A stretch of 64,000 bases of DNA, taken from positions 4,014 through 68,013 of the forward strand of contig CALVKD010000070.1 in the NCBI GenBank assembly GCA_944332525.1. The letters are read 5' to 3'. The notes beneath the pieces were generated by a model, which was not told the origin of the DNA, did not search any database, and saw only the letters and a list, made by a program, of their open reading frames with translations. The DNA is from an uncultured Bacilli bacterium. Lineage in GTDB: Bacteria; Bacillota_I; Bacilli_A; RFN20; CAG-449. How positions within the stretch are numbered: the first letter of the stretch is position 1; each line of letters opens with the position of its first letter. This document shows positions 28,795-37,669 of this stretch, in pieces. Position numbers and translations under genes: made by a program.

Positions 28795-30084
28795 TTATTT
28801 AACTATTTCGCCAAATAAATCATAGCTTTCCGCGTCAATAATTTTAAATTTTACCATTGAAGCTATTTCTAAAGGGTGATCAGAATAAACATAAATTTTT
28901 CCATCAATATCATCAGGAGCATTGAATTCATTACGGATTAAATAGGCTTTTCTCTCTTCATCAAATCCGATAATCAACCCATCAGTAACAACACCAATGC
29001 GCTTTTGATTATTTTCATAAGAAATTTTTTCTTGAGCTTTCATAACTCTCTGATAGCGTTTTTGCTTAACTTTTTCCGGAATTTGATTAGGCAAAGTAGC
29101 TCCGACAGTTCCATCTTCTGGTGAATAAGTAAAGCAACCGAGATGATCAAAGCGAACTTCTTTCATAAAGTCGATTAATTCATCGATATCATCTTCCGTT
29201 TCACCCGGATAGCCAACAATTAATGTTGTTCTCAATAAGCAATGCGGAACTCTCTGGCGAATCTTTTTAAACAAAGAAACCAAGAAAGCTTTATCTCCGC
29301 GACGGTTCATCGACTTTAAAAGATGATCGGAACAGTGCTGAATAGGAATATCAAAATATGGGGTAAGACGTTTTTCGCTGCCGATTAAGTCAATTAATTC
29401 ATCGCTAATCTCATCAGGATAGAGATATAGTAAGCGAATATATTCAAACTCTTGGATTTTCAATAATTCTTTTAACAAAGAAACGATATTAACATCTTTT
29501 AAATCTTCTCCGTAACGCGTTGTATCTTGAGAAATAACGACAAGTTCTTTAACTCCTTTTGAAGCAATATCTTTTGCTTGCTTCAACAAATCTTCTGGGA
29601 GATAAGAATGGAAACGACCTCTAATTAACGGAATCGCGCAATAATGGCAGCAATTGTTACATCCTTCAGATATTTTTAAATATGCAGTATATGGAGGGGT
29701 TGATAAAACGCGGTTAACAAAAGTAAAGTCACCTTTGAATTCTTGTTGCTTTAATGCCTCGCGAACTTTTTCAGCAAAATGCGGATATTCATCAATACTA
29801 ATAAATAGATTGACTTCTGGAAGTGCTTCTTCAAGTTCTTTTTGATAACGTTCAACTAAGCAACCGGTAACAATTAAAAACTTATGGTAGGACGCCATTT
29901 CTAAAATTGTATCAATGGATTCTTTTTTTGCATCAAGAATAAATCCGCAGGTATTAACTAAAATAATATCAGCATCTTGAACATCATTAACAATCTCAAT
30001 ATCGTTACTTTGAAAAAGATACGCTATAGCTTCTGAATCGACGCGGTTTTTCGCGCAGCCTAAGGAAACGATACCTATTTTCAT
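28795..30084 (-). CDS. rimO: Ribosomal protein S12 methylthiotransferase RimO (radical SAM MTTase)
   Basis: N-terminal MTTase domain with Cys triad (SLGCAKN...NTCGF). Radical SAM CxxxCxxC (CNNCCHYC). C-terminal TRAM domain. Confidence 0.85.
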   Translation of the reverse strand: MKIGIVSLGCAKNRVDSEAIAYLFQSNDIEIVNDVQDADIILVNTCGFILDAKKESIDTILEMASYHKFLIVTGCLVERYQKELEEALPEVNLFISIDEYPHFAEKVREALKQQEFKGDFTFVNRVLSTPPYTAYLKISEGCNNCCHYCAIPLIRGRFHSYLPEDLLKQAKDIASKGVKELVVISQDTTRYGEDLKDVNIVSLLKELLKIQEFEYIRLLYLYPDEISDELIDLIGSEKRLTPYFDIPIQHCSDHLLKSMNRRGDKAFLVSLFKKIRQRVPHCLLRTTLIVGYPGETEDDIDELIDFMKEVRFDHLGCFTYSPEDGTVGATLPNQIPEKVKQKRYQRVMKAQEKISYENNQKRIGVVTDGLIIGFDEERKAYLIRNEFNAPDDIDGKIYVYSDHPLEIASMVKFKIIDAESYDLFGEIVK

Positions 30085-30581
30085 TTTTCTTCCTCCAAAC
30101 TATCAATAATCACCTTTTCGCGGCGATAGATAATTTTACTAATTTTATTTTCCGGATTAGCGAGAATTGTTTTAACTTCATCAAGTGGAATAAAAGCCAT
30201 GTCTTTAATGAAATCATTTTCATAAGCCTCGCGATGAAAATTTCCCTTACCAATAACCTTGCATAAAAAATAATGCGAAATATTATGTCTCAATAAGAGA
30301 TTATAATCGTCTTCAACTAAACCTAAGTATTTTATTACTTCAATTTTTAATCCGCATTCTTCTTCTACTTCTCTTCTTACGCATGAGATAAGATCTTCGC
30401 CTTCATTTACTCCACCGCCAGGTGTTTCAATATAACTAGCTTGACCAAACATATCATCTCGATAGATTTTTTCAAAAAAAATTTTATTATCATCAATGAT
30501 AATCGCCCTAGCGATTAGACGATTGACAAAGCTATCTTTAACCAATGGGTATTGATCATCTTTAAAATTTCCGTAAGCCAT
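30081..30581 (-). CDS. NUDIX hydrolase
   Basis: Nudix box GGGVNEGEDLISCVRREVEEECG. Confidence 0.75.
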   Translation of the reverse strand: MAYGNFKDDQYPLVKDSFVNRLIARAIIIDDNKIFFEKIYRDDMFGQASYIETPGGGVNEGEDLISCVRREVEEECGLKIEVIKYLGLVEDDYNLLLRHNISHYFLCKVIGKGNFHREAYENDFIKDMAFIPLDEVKTILANPENKISKIIYRREKVIIDSLEEEK

Positions 30582-31735
30582 TATTCTTCCTCTAAAAAAG
30601 TTGTATGCTTTCTTTTACCGCGATAGTAAATTTCTTCAATAATTCCGCCGCCTAAGCATCTATCGCCATCATAAAACACCGCAGCTTGCCCAGGAGTGAC
30701 ACTTTTTAACGGAGTTGAAGAAATTATTTCAACCGTATCATCAGAAACAAACCGGTATTGAACCATATTATCTTTTTGACGGTACCGGAATTTGACCCCG
30801 GCTTTAGTAAATTCAGTCGGTTTTGTCTCACCGAGGAAGTTCATTTCTTTCACTATTACTCGATCAGAAAGCAAATATTCATTCATTTCGCCTTGCGAAA
30901 CATAAAGAATATTCTTCTTTACATCCTTGGCTACGACAAACCACGATCCGCTTTGCTGGCCATGAATTCCGCCGATACCTAAACCTTTTCTTTGACCTAA
31001 CGTATAATAGAGAACTCCTTCATGCTTGCCGATTACTTTATGAGTATTAACATCGACGATATCGCCTTCTTTGGCTGGAAGATAATTATTCAAAAATTCT
31101 TTAAAATTTCTTTCTCCAATAAAACAAATCCCGGTCGAATCCTTTTTATCAGCAACTGGCAAATCTAATTCATGAGCAATTTTTCTAACTTCGTCTTTTG
31201 TAATATCGCCAAGAGGAAATAAACTATCTTTAAGCTGTTCAAGCGAAACCTGCGATAAAAAATATGTTTGATCTTTATTTAAATCTTTCGCTTTATAAAG
31301 ATAAGCCTTTCCGTTATCATCGATTTTTTTTGCGTAATGTCCCATTGCAATACAATCAAAGCCTTTTTCAAAAGCAAATTTTCTAAAGGTTTCAAATTTA
31401 ATAAATTTATTGCAAAAGATGTCCGGATTAGGTGTTCTACCCTTTTCATATTCTTTCAAGAAATAAGTGAAAACATAGTCCCAATACTCTTTGACAAAAT
31501 CAATTCGATAAAGAGGAATATTCAGTTTTTCAGCAACCTTTTTAGCATCTTGATAATCCTTTTCCTGAGGACATATATCATCATTAATTGTCGGATTGCC
31601 AAGGTAATCATTATTAAGTAAACTATCCCAGTTACGCATAAAACCGCCGGCCACCTCATAACCTTGTTTTTTTAATAAGTAAGCAGCAACCGCAGAATCA
31701 ACGCCTCCTGAGAGACCGATTAACACTTTTTTCAT
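30581..31735 (-). CDS. mnmA: tRNA-specific 2-thiouridylase MnmA
   Basis: PP-loop SGGVDS. Catalytic Cys residues. Size 384 aa. Confidence 0.9.
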   Translation of the reverse strand: MKKVLIGLSGGVDSAVAAYLLKKQGYEVAGGFMRNWDSLLNNDYLGNPTINDDICPQEKDYQDAKKVAEKLNIPLYRIDFVKEYWDYVFTYFLKEYEKGRTPNPDIFCNKFIKFETFRKFAFEKGFDCIAMGHYAKKIDDNGKAYLYKAKDLNKDQTYFLSQVSLEQLKDSLFPLGDITKDEVRKIAHELDLPVADKKDSTGICFIGERNFKEFLNNYLPAKEGDIVDVNTHKVIGKHEGVLYYTLGQRKGLGIGGIHGQQSGSWFVVAKDVKKNILYVSQGEMNEYLLSDRVIVKEMNFLGETKPTEFTKAGVKFRYRQKDNMVQYRFVSDDTVEIISSTPLKSVTPGQAAVFYDGDRCLGGGIIEEIYYRGKRKHTTFLEEE

Positions 31736-32184
31736 CCTAACAAAACCTCACTATCTATCATTATCGTCGTTGGCCCATCATTAATTAAATGGACTTTCAT
31801 ATCCGCTCCGAAAACACCCGTAGAAACTTTATAACCCTTACTTTTTACATAGCTAACCGCATACTCATAAAGGCTTTTTGCTTTTTCACCTTTAAGCGCT
31901 GTATTAAATGATGGTCTTCGACCTTTTTTATAATCAGCATATAAAGTAAATTGACTAACTAACATTACTTCGCCTTGACAATCGTCAAGCGAAAGATTTA
32001 TTTTTCCATTTTCATCAGCGAATAAGCGCAAAGATAAAGCTTTATCTAAACATTTTTCAACAATAGAAGAATTATCGCCTTCTTGCAATCCAATAAGCAA
32101 CAAAAAGCCTTTTCCAATCTTGGAAAAGACTTTCTGATCAATTTCAACTTGGGAAGATTTCACTACCTGCAATAAGATTCTCAT
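31732..32184 (-). CDS. dtd: D-aminoacyl-tRNA deacylase
   Basis: 150 aa. SQFTL motif. C-terminal GPxT (NDGPTT). Confidence 0.9.
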   Translation of the reverse strand: MRILLQVVKSSQVEIDQKVFSKIGKGFLLLIGLQEGDNSSIVEKCLDKALSLRLFADENGKINLSLDDCQGEVMLVSQFTLYADYKKGRRPSFNTALKGEKAKSLYEYAVSYVKSKGYKVSTGVFGADMKVHLINDGPTTIMIDSEVLLG

Positions 32185-32225
32185 AACGTAATCATTATAA
32201 TGAGATATCTCTTGCCGGGCAATGT

Positions 32226-32807
32226 TTATCTCATAACCGGGTAGATTTTATTTAATCTAGCTAATGGATAATATAAAACCAATAAAATAATTAAGTCGAT
32301 AAAATATGTCGGAGCAATATAGGTGATATTATAAGCAAATGAGCCAGCCCAAGGTGTATCATAAGCTAAAGTACCAGAAACGACATGTGATAAATAACGA
32401 ATAACAAATACTAAAGTTACTGATAGAATGATATAAATATATGGATCAGCTGAATGAACAACGCCATCACCTTCATCGGTAAAAATAAATTTTCTAAATA
32501 ATCCTGCTAAACCAATTGCCCCAAACGGAATAATATAGTCAAAGAAGGCTGAAATCGCACCATATTGGAAAATATATCCGTCATAAAGCCCTTGAGCTAA
32601 ACCATAAATAATTCCGCCGCAGATAAATCCTTTAATCGCACCGTGGCGATATGCGATGAAGAATAACGGGACCATAGCAAAGCCAATTGATCCGCCGTTA
32701 GCGCCAACCTTTATTTCGCAGAACATGCCAAGAACAATAGCAAGAGCTGTGAAAATAGCCATCTCGCACATATCATAAACCGAGATGAGTTTTTTCTTTT
32801 TTGTCAT
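32226..32807 (-). CDS. thiT: ECF-transporter S component, thiamine-specific (ThiT-like)
   Basis: ~190-aa 6-TM protein, directly downstream of a TPP riboswitch. Confidence 0.7.
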   Translation of the reverse strand: MTKKKKLISVYDMCEMAIFTALAIVLGMFCEIKVGANGGSIGFAMVPLFFIAYRHGAIKGFICGGIIYGLAQGLYDGYIFQYGAISAFFDYIIPFGAIGLAGLFRKFIFTDEGDGVVHSADPYIYIILSVTLVFVIRYLSHVVSGTLAYDTPWAGSFAYNITYIAPTYFIDLIILLVLYYPLARLNKIYPVMR

Positions 32808-32821
32808 AATTTAATTCCTCT

Positions 32822-32955
32822 CTAAGAAAAAAGCTTTCCTAGGTAAAGGAAAGCAAAAAGTTCAAAAGTATTCCTTTCGCTAGCATTACCTAGATCAAGT
32901 TTGGTCGAATCACTATCTAGATTCCTCTCAGCCCAGTTATACTGAGCTCCCGTAA
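32822..32955 (-). promoter_or_regulatory. TPP (THI-box) riboswitch with terminator-type expression platform
   Basis: Minus-strand RNA contains GGGCUGAGAGGAAUC...GACCAAACUUGAUCUAGGUAAUGCUAGCGAAAGGAAUA (match to THI-box CUGAGA and ACCUGAUCUGGAUAAUGCCAGCG-AGGGAA). Then GCUUUCCU-uuaccu-AGGAAAGC hairpin plus U6, about 15 nt before the thiT start. Confidence 0.8.
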
Positions 32956-32993
32956 ATATAGTAAACGATATCGTTTCTTATGTAAATATCAAC

Positions 32994-33476
32994 CTAACGG
33001 AAGATAAAGATTTTTCTGCCTAGATAATTAATTACTAACCCGATAATGGTCATAATAATTCTTGCGACAATATAAGGCACTGGAAGCAAATCGCTCAAGA
33101 GATAAATACCTAAATAAGATAGTAATAAAACAAATACTCCAATTAAGGTAAATACTAAAAAGTCGCGGACGCTTTTACCCTCTTTTTCATCTTTTTTATT
33201 TTTATAAACAAAAATAACAGATAATATATAATTGATAATTAAGCCAACAATAAAACCAAAGGTTGTCGCTAAAGCTTTTTCAATATGCCAGTTTCCGAGA
33301 ATAATCTCCGGTAATAAGTATTCTTCGGAAATAAAACTGACCGCCCAGTCAACTAACGTCGCTAATCCGCCAACAATCAAGAAACGAAAGATTTCCCAAA
33401 TTAAATCGCGATGTTTTAAATACAATTCTTTTAACTTCATGCCTAAAATCTTACTCCCATAATTTGAAATAGTCAA
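32994..33476 (-). CDS. GtrA-family small polytopic membrane protein
   Basis: 160 aa, 4 predicted TM helices, GtrA-like organisation. Lies 36 nt downstream of the nucleotidyltransferase gene. Confidence 0.55.
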   Translation of the reverse strand: MTISNYGSKILGMKLKELYLKHRDLIWEIFRFLIVGGLATLVDWAVSFISEEYLLPEIILGNWHIEKALATTFGFIVGLIINYILSVIFVYKNKKDEKEGKSVRDFLVFTLIGVFVLLLSYLGIYLLSDLLPVPYIVARIIMTIIGLVINYLGRKIFIFR

Positions 33477-33511
33477 TTGAAGATTTTCAAAGATAACAAT
33501 TGTCTAAAATA

Positions 33512-34609
33512 TTATTCAATTCCGAATTTAATTAAACCATCATCTTTGCTTTCAACGCTTAAAACTTTATTTAGTTTATCCCTTTTTGTAAAAAGCAAGC
33601 TAATAAAATGATGGATATAGGCAAAAGGAATCAAAATAATAGAACGAGAATAAGGATATTTTTCAAATAGCAGATGCAAAGGGATAAAAACCTTTTTTAG
33701 CAAATAGACAAACTTGTTATCCTTTGAATGGGCAAATTTGCTTTTATTGATATCATTTTCCTTTCCAAAACCATGTATTCCTGAACGCAAAGAATAATTA
33801 ATCAATTCTTCAATGTCATCGCGTTTATAGTATTTCATTCCGCATTGAATTAGCTGCTCTGGATTATATTCAAAAATATATTCTAATTCATTAATAATCG
33901 TATTAAAAAAATCACTAATCTCTAATTCATTAACATATGAGAGAATTTTTTGATAGTTCATTTTTTTCTTAGTCAGCATTAAATAAACATCTCCGAGTTC
34001 ACGTACTCCCGCTCCGGATTTTAAATGTTTATGGTAATGCATCAATAAAAAAACAAAATGATATTCATCTTCTAGATGGCAGCGATAGCCCTCACAGCTT
34101 TTAATATATTTGAAAGGATTATGGAAAAATTTATCGCCTTTTTCACCTTCTTCTAAAAGTTGATGATGAAGTTCGGCATAAGATTTATCGTAAACATATT
34201 CCGCGTGGTGTTTAGCTATCGAATCGAGAACAAAAGAGTTTTCTTCTAATAGTTTCCGAGCTTTTAGATAATCTTTGCCGTCAACGCAAAAATCAATATC
34301 GCCAGATAAGCGAAGATTTCTATCATCATATAAAGGAAATAGTTCATAACCTTTAAAGAAGAAATATCTAATTTGATTCGCCGAGAAAATATCAGCAATT
34401 TTTTCAGCTATTTCGTCGTATTTTTCATGTAAAACAAACGAAGAAAGATAATATTTCTTAAAACGCGAGTCATTAGATACTTTATATAAATAAGGCAAAA
34501 AAGTTTGCTCAGAAATAATTCTCATCTGATTTTTTAATTCTTCATCAGAAGGAAGTGTTATTTTTCTATTTTGAATGCCCGCCGAAAATAAATTTAAAAT
34601 AAAATTCAT
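33512..34609 (-). CDS. Nucleotidyltransferase-fold protein (PF14907-like 'uncharacterised nucleotidyltransferase', as found tailoring lasso peptides)
   Basis: hG[GS]...DhD motif LRLSGDIDFCV about 100 aa from the N-terminus; 365 aa; start overlaps the ABC gene stop. Confidence 0.55.
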   Translation of the reverse strand: MNFILNLFSAGIQNRKITLPSDEELKNQMRIISEQTFLPYLYKVSNDSRFKKYYLSSFVLHEKYDEIAEKIADIFSANQIRYFFFKGYELFPLYDDRNLRLSGDIDFCVDGKDYLKARKLLEENSFVLDSIAKHHAEYVYDKSYAELHHQLLEEGEKGDKFFHNPFKYIKSCEGYRCHLEDEYHFVFLLMHYHKHLKSGAGVRELGDVYLMLTKKKMNYQKILSYVNELEISDFFNTIINELEYIFEYNPEQLIQCGMKYYKRDDIEELINYSLRSGIHGFGKENDINKSKFAHSKDNKFVYLLKKVFIPLHLLFEKYPYSRSIILIPFAYIHHFISLLFTKRDKLNKVLSVESKDDGLIKFGIE

Positions 34610-36174
34610 AATTCACCTAAATCTAAAATTTTTACATCGCTTGGTAAAATTAAATCATGATGAGTAATAATCATCTTTGATTTATTTATCGCAAGTAAAT
34701 TATTAACAATCTGATTTTCAGTATTTTTATCAAGAGAAGAAGTAAATTCATCAAGGAGTAAAATTTCTTTATCAAGAAGCAAATTAATCGCTAAAAGTAT
34801 TCTTTGAATTTGTCCGAGAGAAAGCCCACCGCCTCTTTCATAAAGAGGTGTATCTAATCCTTTTTCTTTTTGCATTAATTCATCATAAATACAGGCAGTT
34901 TTTAATGCCTCAACAATTTTTTCTTCATTCGCGTCATTCACGAATAAGGCAATATTTTCTCTAACTGTTCCAGAGAATAAAATATTATCTTGAACAACAT
35001 ATGAAAACAAACCATACACGTTGGATAATGGATATTTCTTTCCATTAGATATCACATCAAGTTCTCCACTTTTTGGTTTTAAAAATCCTAAAAGTAAATT
35101 AAATAATGTCGATTTACCGCGTCCAGATGGTCCTTTAATAATCAATGTCTCGCCTTTATAAAAAGTAAATGACAAATTTTTAAAAATCGGATAATCAAAA
35201 TCAAAGCAAAGGTCTTTTACTTCAATTTTTTCAAAATCGCTTATTTCAATTCTTTGGTAATCATTAGGAAGCGACAATAATTTATCAACTCTAGCTTTAC
35301 TTACTTTATAAGCATTGTAACGCGATAACAATGATCCAAATCCGGAAATAGGGCCTTCAAAATAAGAAACGAGCATCGTAAGTGTCGTTAATTCGCCAAA
35401 AGATATTTTATCATTAGAGATAAGATAAGCTCCAAAAATTACGGCTAATGCTGATATCAAATTTAAAAATAGTGAAAATCCCCCACTTCCAATAATTGAA
35501 AGAAAGTTACGTTTATTTTTAATTCGATAGTTATCAAGCATTTTTTGATCGAGCAATTTAGAAAAATTCGTCTCGGCATCATTAGCCTTTATCATCTTGA
35601 TATTTTCATAACTTTCCTGCATAAAAGCATTAACTTTTCCATCGCTTTCCAATGCTGCTTTATGAAATTTTTTTAAATAGGAAGAATAGATTCTTGAAAG
35701 AAGAAATGCAATGACTGCAATTGCTAACAAAACTAATAAAATCTGATAAGAAATAATTGCAATCGCAGCAATAGCTAATACAAACCGCGAACCATAAAGA
35801 AAAAGTGAAGGTATAATTTCACTGACACCGGCGTTAATATTATTAACATCATTAAGATAAATATTCGAAAGTTCTCCGCTATGATAAGCGCGTAATGATG
35901 TAAGATCTTTTTTTAAAAGATTATCATATATCTCTTTCTTCAGATGAACTTCAACTCTTAATGATAATTTATTTCTAATCATCAAAGCGACAATAGAAAT
36001 AGCGATTAAAACAATGATAATGGAGAGAAATAGAATAACTAACCAAACCAAGGGCTTTTTTGCGACTGCATTATCAATTAAATAGCGAGCCAAAAATGCC
36101 TCAGCAATTAAAAGCGAGGAACGAATAACGTTGATTATTGATAAAATAGTTAATGATAATTTAAGATTTTTCAT
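34606..36174 (-). CDS. ABC exporter, fused permease-ATPase half-transporter (no C39 peptidase domain)
   Basis: Six N-terminal TM helices. Walker A GPSGRGKST. ABC signature LSLGQIQR. Walker B ILLLDEFTS. H-loop. Confidence 0.85.
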   Translation of the reverse strand: MKNLKLSLTILSIINVIRSSLLIAEAFLARYLIDNAVAKKPLVWLVILFLSIIIVLIAISIVALMIRNKLSLRVEVHLKKEIYDNLLKKDLTSLRAYHSGELSNIYLNDVNNINAGVSEIIPSLFLYGSRFVLAIAAIAIISYQILLVLLAIAVIAFLLSRIYSSYLKKFHKAALESDGKVNAFMQESYENIKMIKANDAETNFSKLLDQKMLDNYRIKNKRNFLSIIGSGGFSLFLNLISALAVIFGAYLISNDKISFGELTTLTMLVSYFEGPISGFGSLLSRYNAYKVSKARVDKLLSLPNDYQRIEISDFEKIEVKDLCFDFDYPIFKNLSFTFYKGETLIIKGPSGRGKSTLFNLLLGFLKPKSGELDVISNGKKYPLSNVYGLFSYVVQDNILFSGTVRENIALFVNDANEEKIVEALKTACIYDELMQKEKGLDTPLYERGGGLSLGQIQRILLAINLLLDKEILLLDEFTSSLDKNTENQIVNNLLAINKSKMIITHHDLILPSDVKILDLGEL

Positions 36175-36593
36175 TAAATTTTCCTCAATTTAATTATTAA
36201 GTAACGAAGAAAGCGAAAACGCCAAAAGAAAAGATAGATGCGATATTTTTTATCTGAAAACAAAACTTTCTTTTCGTTAATAATAACATAGATAGCTTTG
36301 GCAAGAATCTGATCTTCACGAATATTTTTTTCAATTTTTGTTTGATGGTCACCGAGAAGAAAGAACTTATTCTTCTTCACTTTAAAAATTCTATGCAATA
36401 CGTATTGTCCGTTATCGCGAAGATAAAAAACAATATCATTTTTCTTTAAGGCAAATGGTTTGCTTAATGCAACTAAATCACCCGTATGAAGGAATGGCTG
36501 CATCGAAGTCCCGTTGATCGGCATAATAAAGACTTTATCTTGTTCGAGAGTCTCTTTTAAACCATCAACAAAAAAATTAATCTCCATAAACAA
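36174..36593 (-). CDS. Soluble S26/S24-family (signal-peptidase I / LexA-type) Ser-Lys peptidase
   Basis: GTSMQP (S26 box B, catalytic Ser), with a downstream Lys. 139 aa; no TM segment. Confidence 0.55.
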   Translation of the reverse strand: MFMEINFFVDGLKETLEQDKVFIMPINGTSMQPFLHTGDLVALSKPFALKKNDIVFYLRDNGQYVLHRIFKVKKNKFFLLGDHQTKIEKNIREDQILAKAIYVIINEKKVLFSDKKYRIYLFFWRFRFLRYLIIKLRKI

Positions 36594-36852
36594 TATTAAG
36601 TGTCTTCAGCTGATTAATTGTCACGATGATGTCTTGTTTGGCTTTTTCTTTGCTAACATCATATTCTGCAACCATCTTTTCAGTTATATCATCAATGGAA
36701 AGATTATTCATAACACCTTCGACTATCAAAAGGGATGTCGGGTTTAAAGTAATGACTTTTGAATAATCGACACTTTTTTTACTTTGGCGAACTAGCAATG
36801 CTTCATCACCAACTTTTTTAATCACATAATCTGTATTAAATTTCATAATCAT
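36577..36852 (-). CDS. PqqD-like small protein (RiPP recognition element-like)
   Basis: 91 aa. Composition and pattern are PqqD-like: a hydrophobic beta-strand start (YVIKKVGDEALLV) followed by helical segments (LLIVEGV...IDDITEKMVAEY...). Tight overlaps with both neighbours. Confidence 0.5.
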   Translation of the reverse strand: MIMKFNTDYVIKKVGDEALLVRQSKKSVDYSKVITLNPTSLLIVEGVMNNLSIDDITEKMVAEYDVSKEKAKQDIIVTINQLKTLNIVYGD

Positions 36853-37669
36853 CCTCCAAAACTTTCTTTAATGTTAGCACCGCTTCTTGAGAAATGTCAC
36901 AGGATAAAGCATAAAAGTTTACTGAAGAGAGAATCTTATCAGTTACTTCATCCCAAATTTCCTTTGCTAACATAAATGAGGTATTAAGAATATGCGGAAG
37001 CAACTTAATAAAACCATCTTTTGGTTTTACTTTAGAAGCGACATTTTTACCTCTACTTAATAAAACTATACCTTTTAAAGGGACAATTAAATTATTGTCA
37101 ATTAAAGATTTTCCAGAAAAAGGATTTGGGTAAATAAGCAATTGATTATCTTTAAGCAAGATTAAATTCTTATCATCATTTATCGTCGTAACATTACAAT
37201 ACTTCCGCCATAAATCAGCATGCGTAGATTTTCCTGTTCCTGAGGAAGCTACGAGTAAATATCCATTACCTTGATAAGCAAATGATGAAGAATGGATGAG
37301 TATACCTTTTTTTCTTTTAAAAATAAAATAGAGAAAAGCATATTCGCACATTAAATATTCACTAGCGAATGTTTTGAATTTTTCATCAATATAAATCGTC
37401 GCAGTGTTTTCGCGATAAACGATAATTCCTAAGTTTTGTTTATCAGCAGTCATTTGCTTTTGATAGAGACATTCTCCTTGATATATTTCATAAAAAGCTG
37501 ATGAAATAATTTTTTCATTAGGTAAAGAAGGTAATGTTGAAGTAAACACCACTTCGATAACAACATCACCCTCTGCTTCACTTTGATATTTTTGGAGCTG
37601 AGAAATCATTTTTAGGGAATGGACAAGAAATTGAAAATTTACCTCGCCAATCAAGCAATTTATAATCAT
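36836..37669 (-). CDS. HPr-kinase C-terminal-domain-like P-loop kinase (HprK-related)
   Basis: P-loop LLVASSGTGKST. Overall size and arrangement resemble the HPrK/P C-domain and the lasso-peptide kinases. Its ATG overlaps the pdp stop as ATGA. Confidence 0.55.
   Translation of the reverse strand: MIINCLIGEVNFQFLVHSLKMISQLQKYQSEAEGDVVIEVVFTSTLPSLPNEKIISSAFYEIYQGECLYQKQMTADKQNLGIIVYRENTATIYIDEKFKTFASEYLMCEYAFLYFIFKRKKGILIHSSSFAYQGNGYLLVASSGTGKSTHADLWRKYCNVTTINDDKNLILLKDNQLLIYPNPFSGKSLIDNNLIVPLKGIVLLSRGKNVASKVKPKDGFIKLLPHILNTSFMLAKEIWDEVTDKILSSVNFYALSCDISQEAVLTLKKVLEDDYEI

Noticed and set aside
32181-32260. Possible terminator between thiT and dtd (ccggg elements)
   Set aside because: The GC-rich elements are direct rather than inverted repeats. 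No convincing hairpin plus U-run is present.
36514-36747. 77-aa plus-strand ORF antisense to the PqqD/S26 genes, considered as a possible hidden precursor peptide
   Set aside because: It is on the opposite strand to a tightly coupled operon, has no RBS, and is Cys/Phe-rich through codon-shadow bias. It is not credible as a substrate gene.
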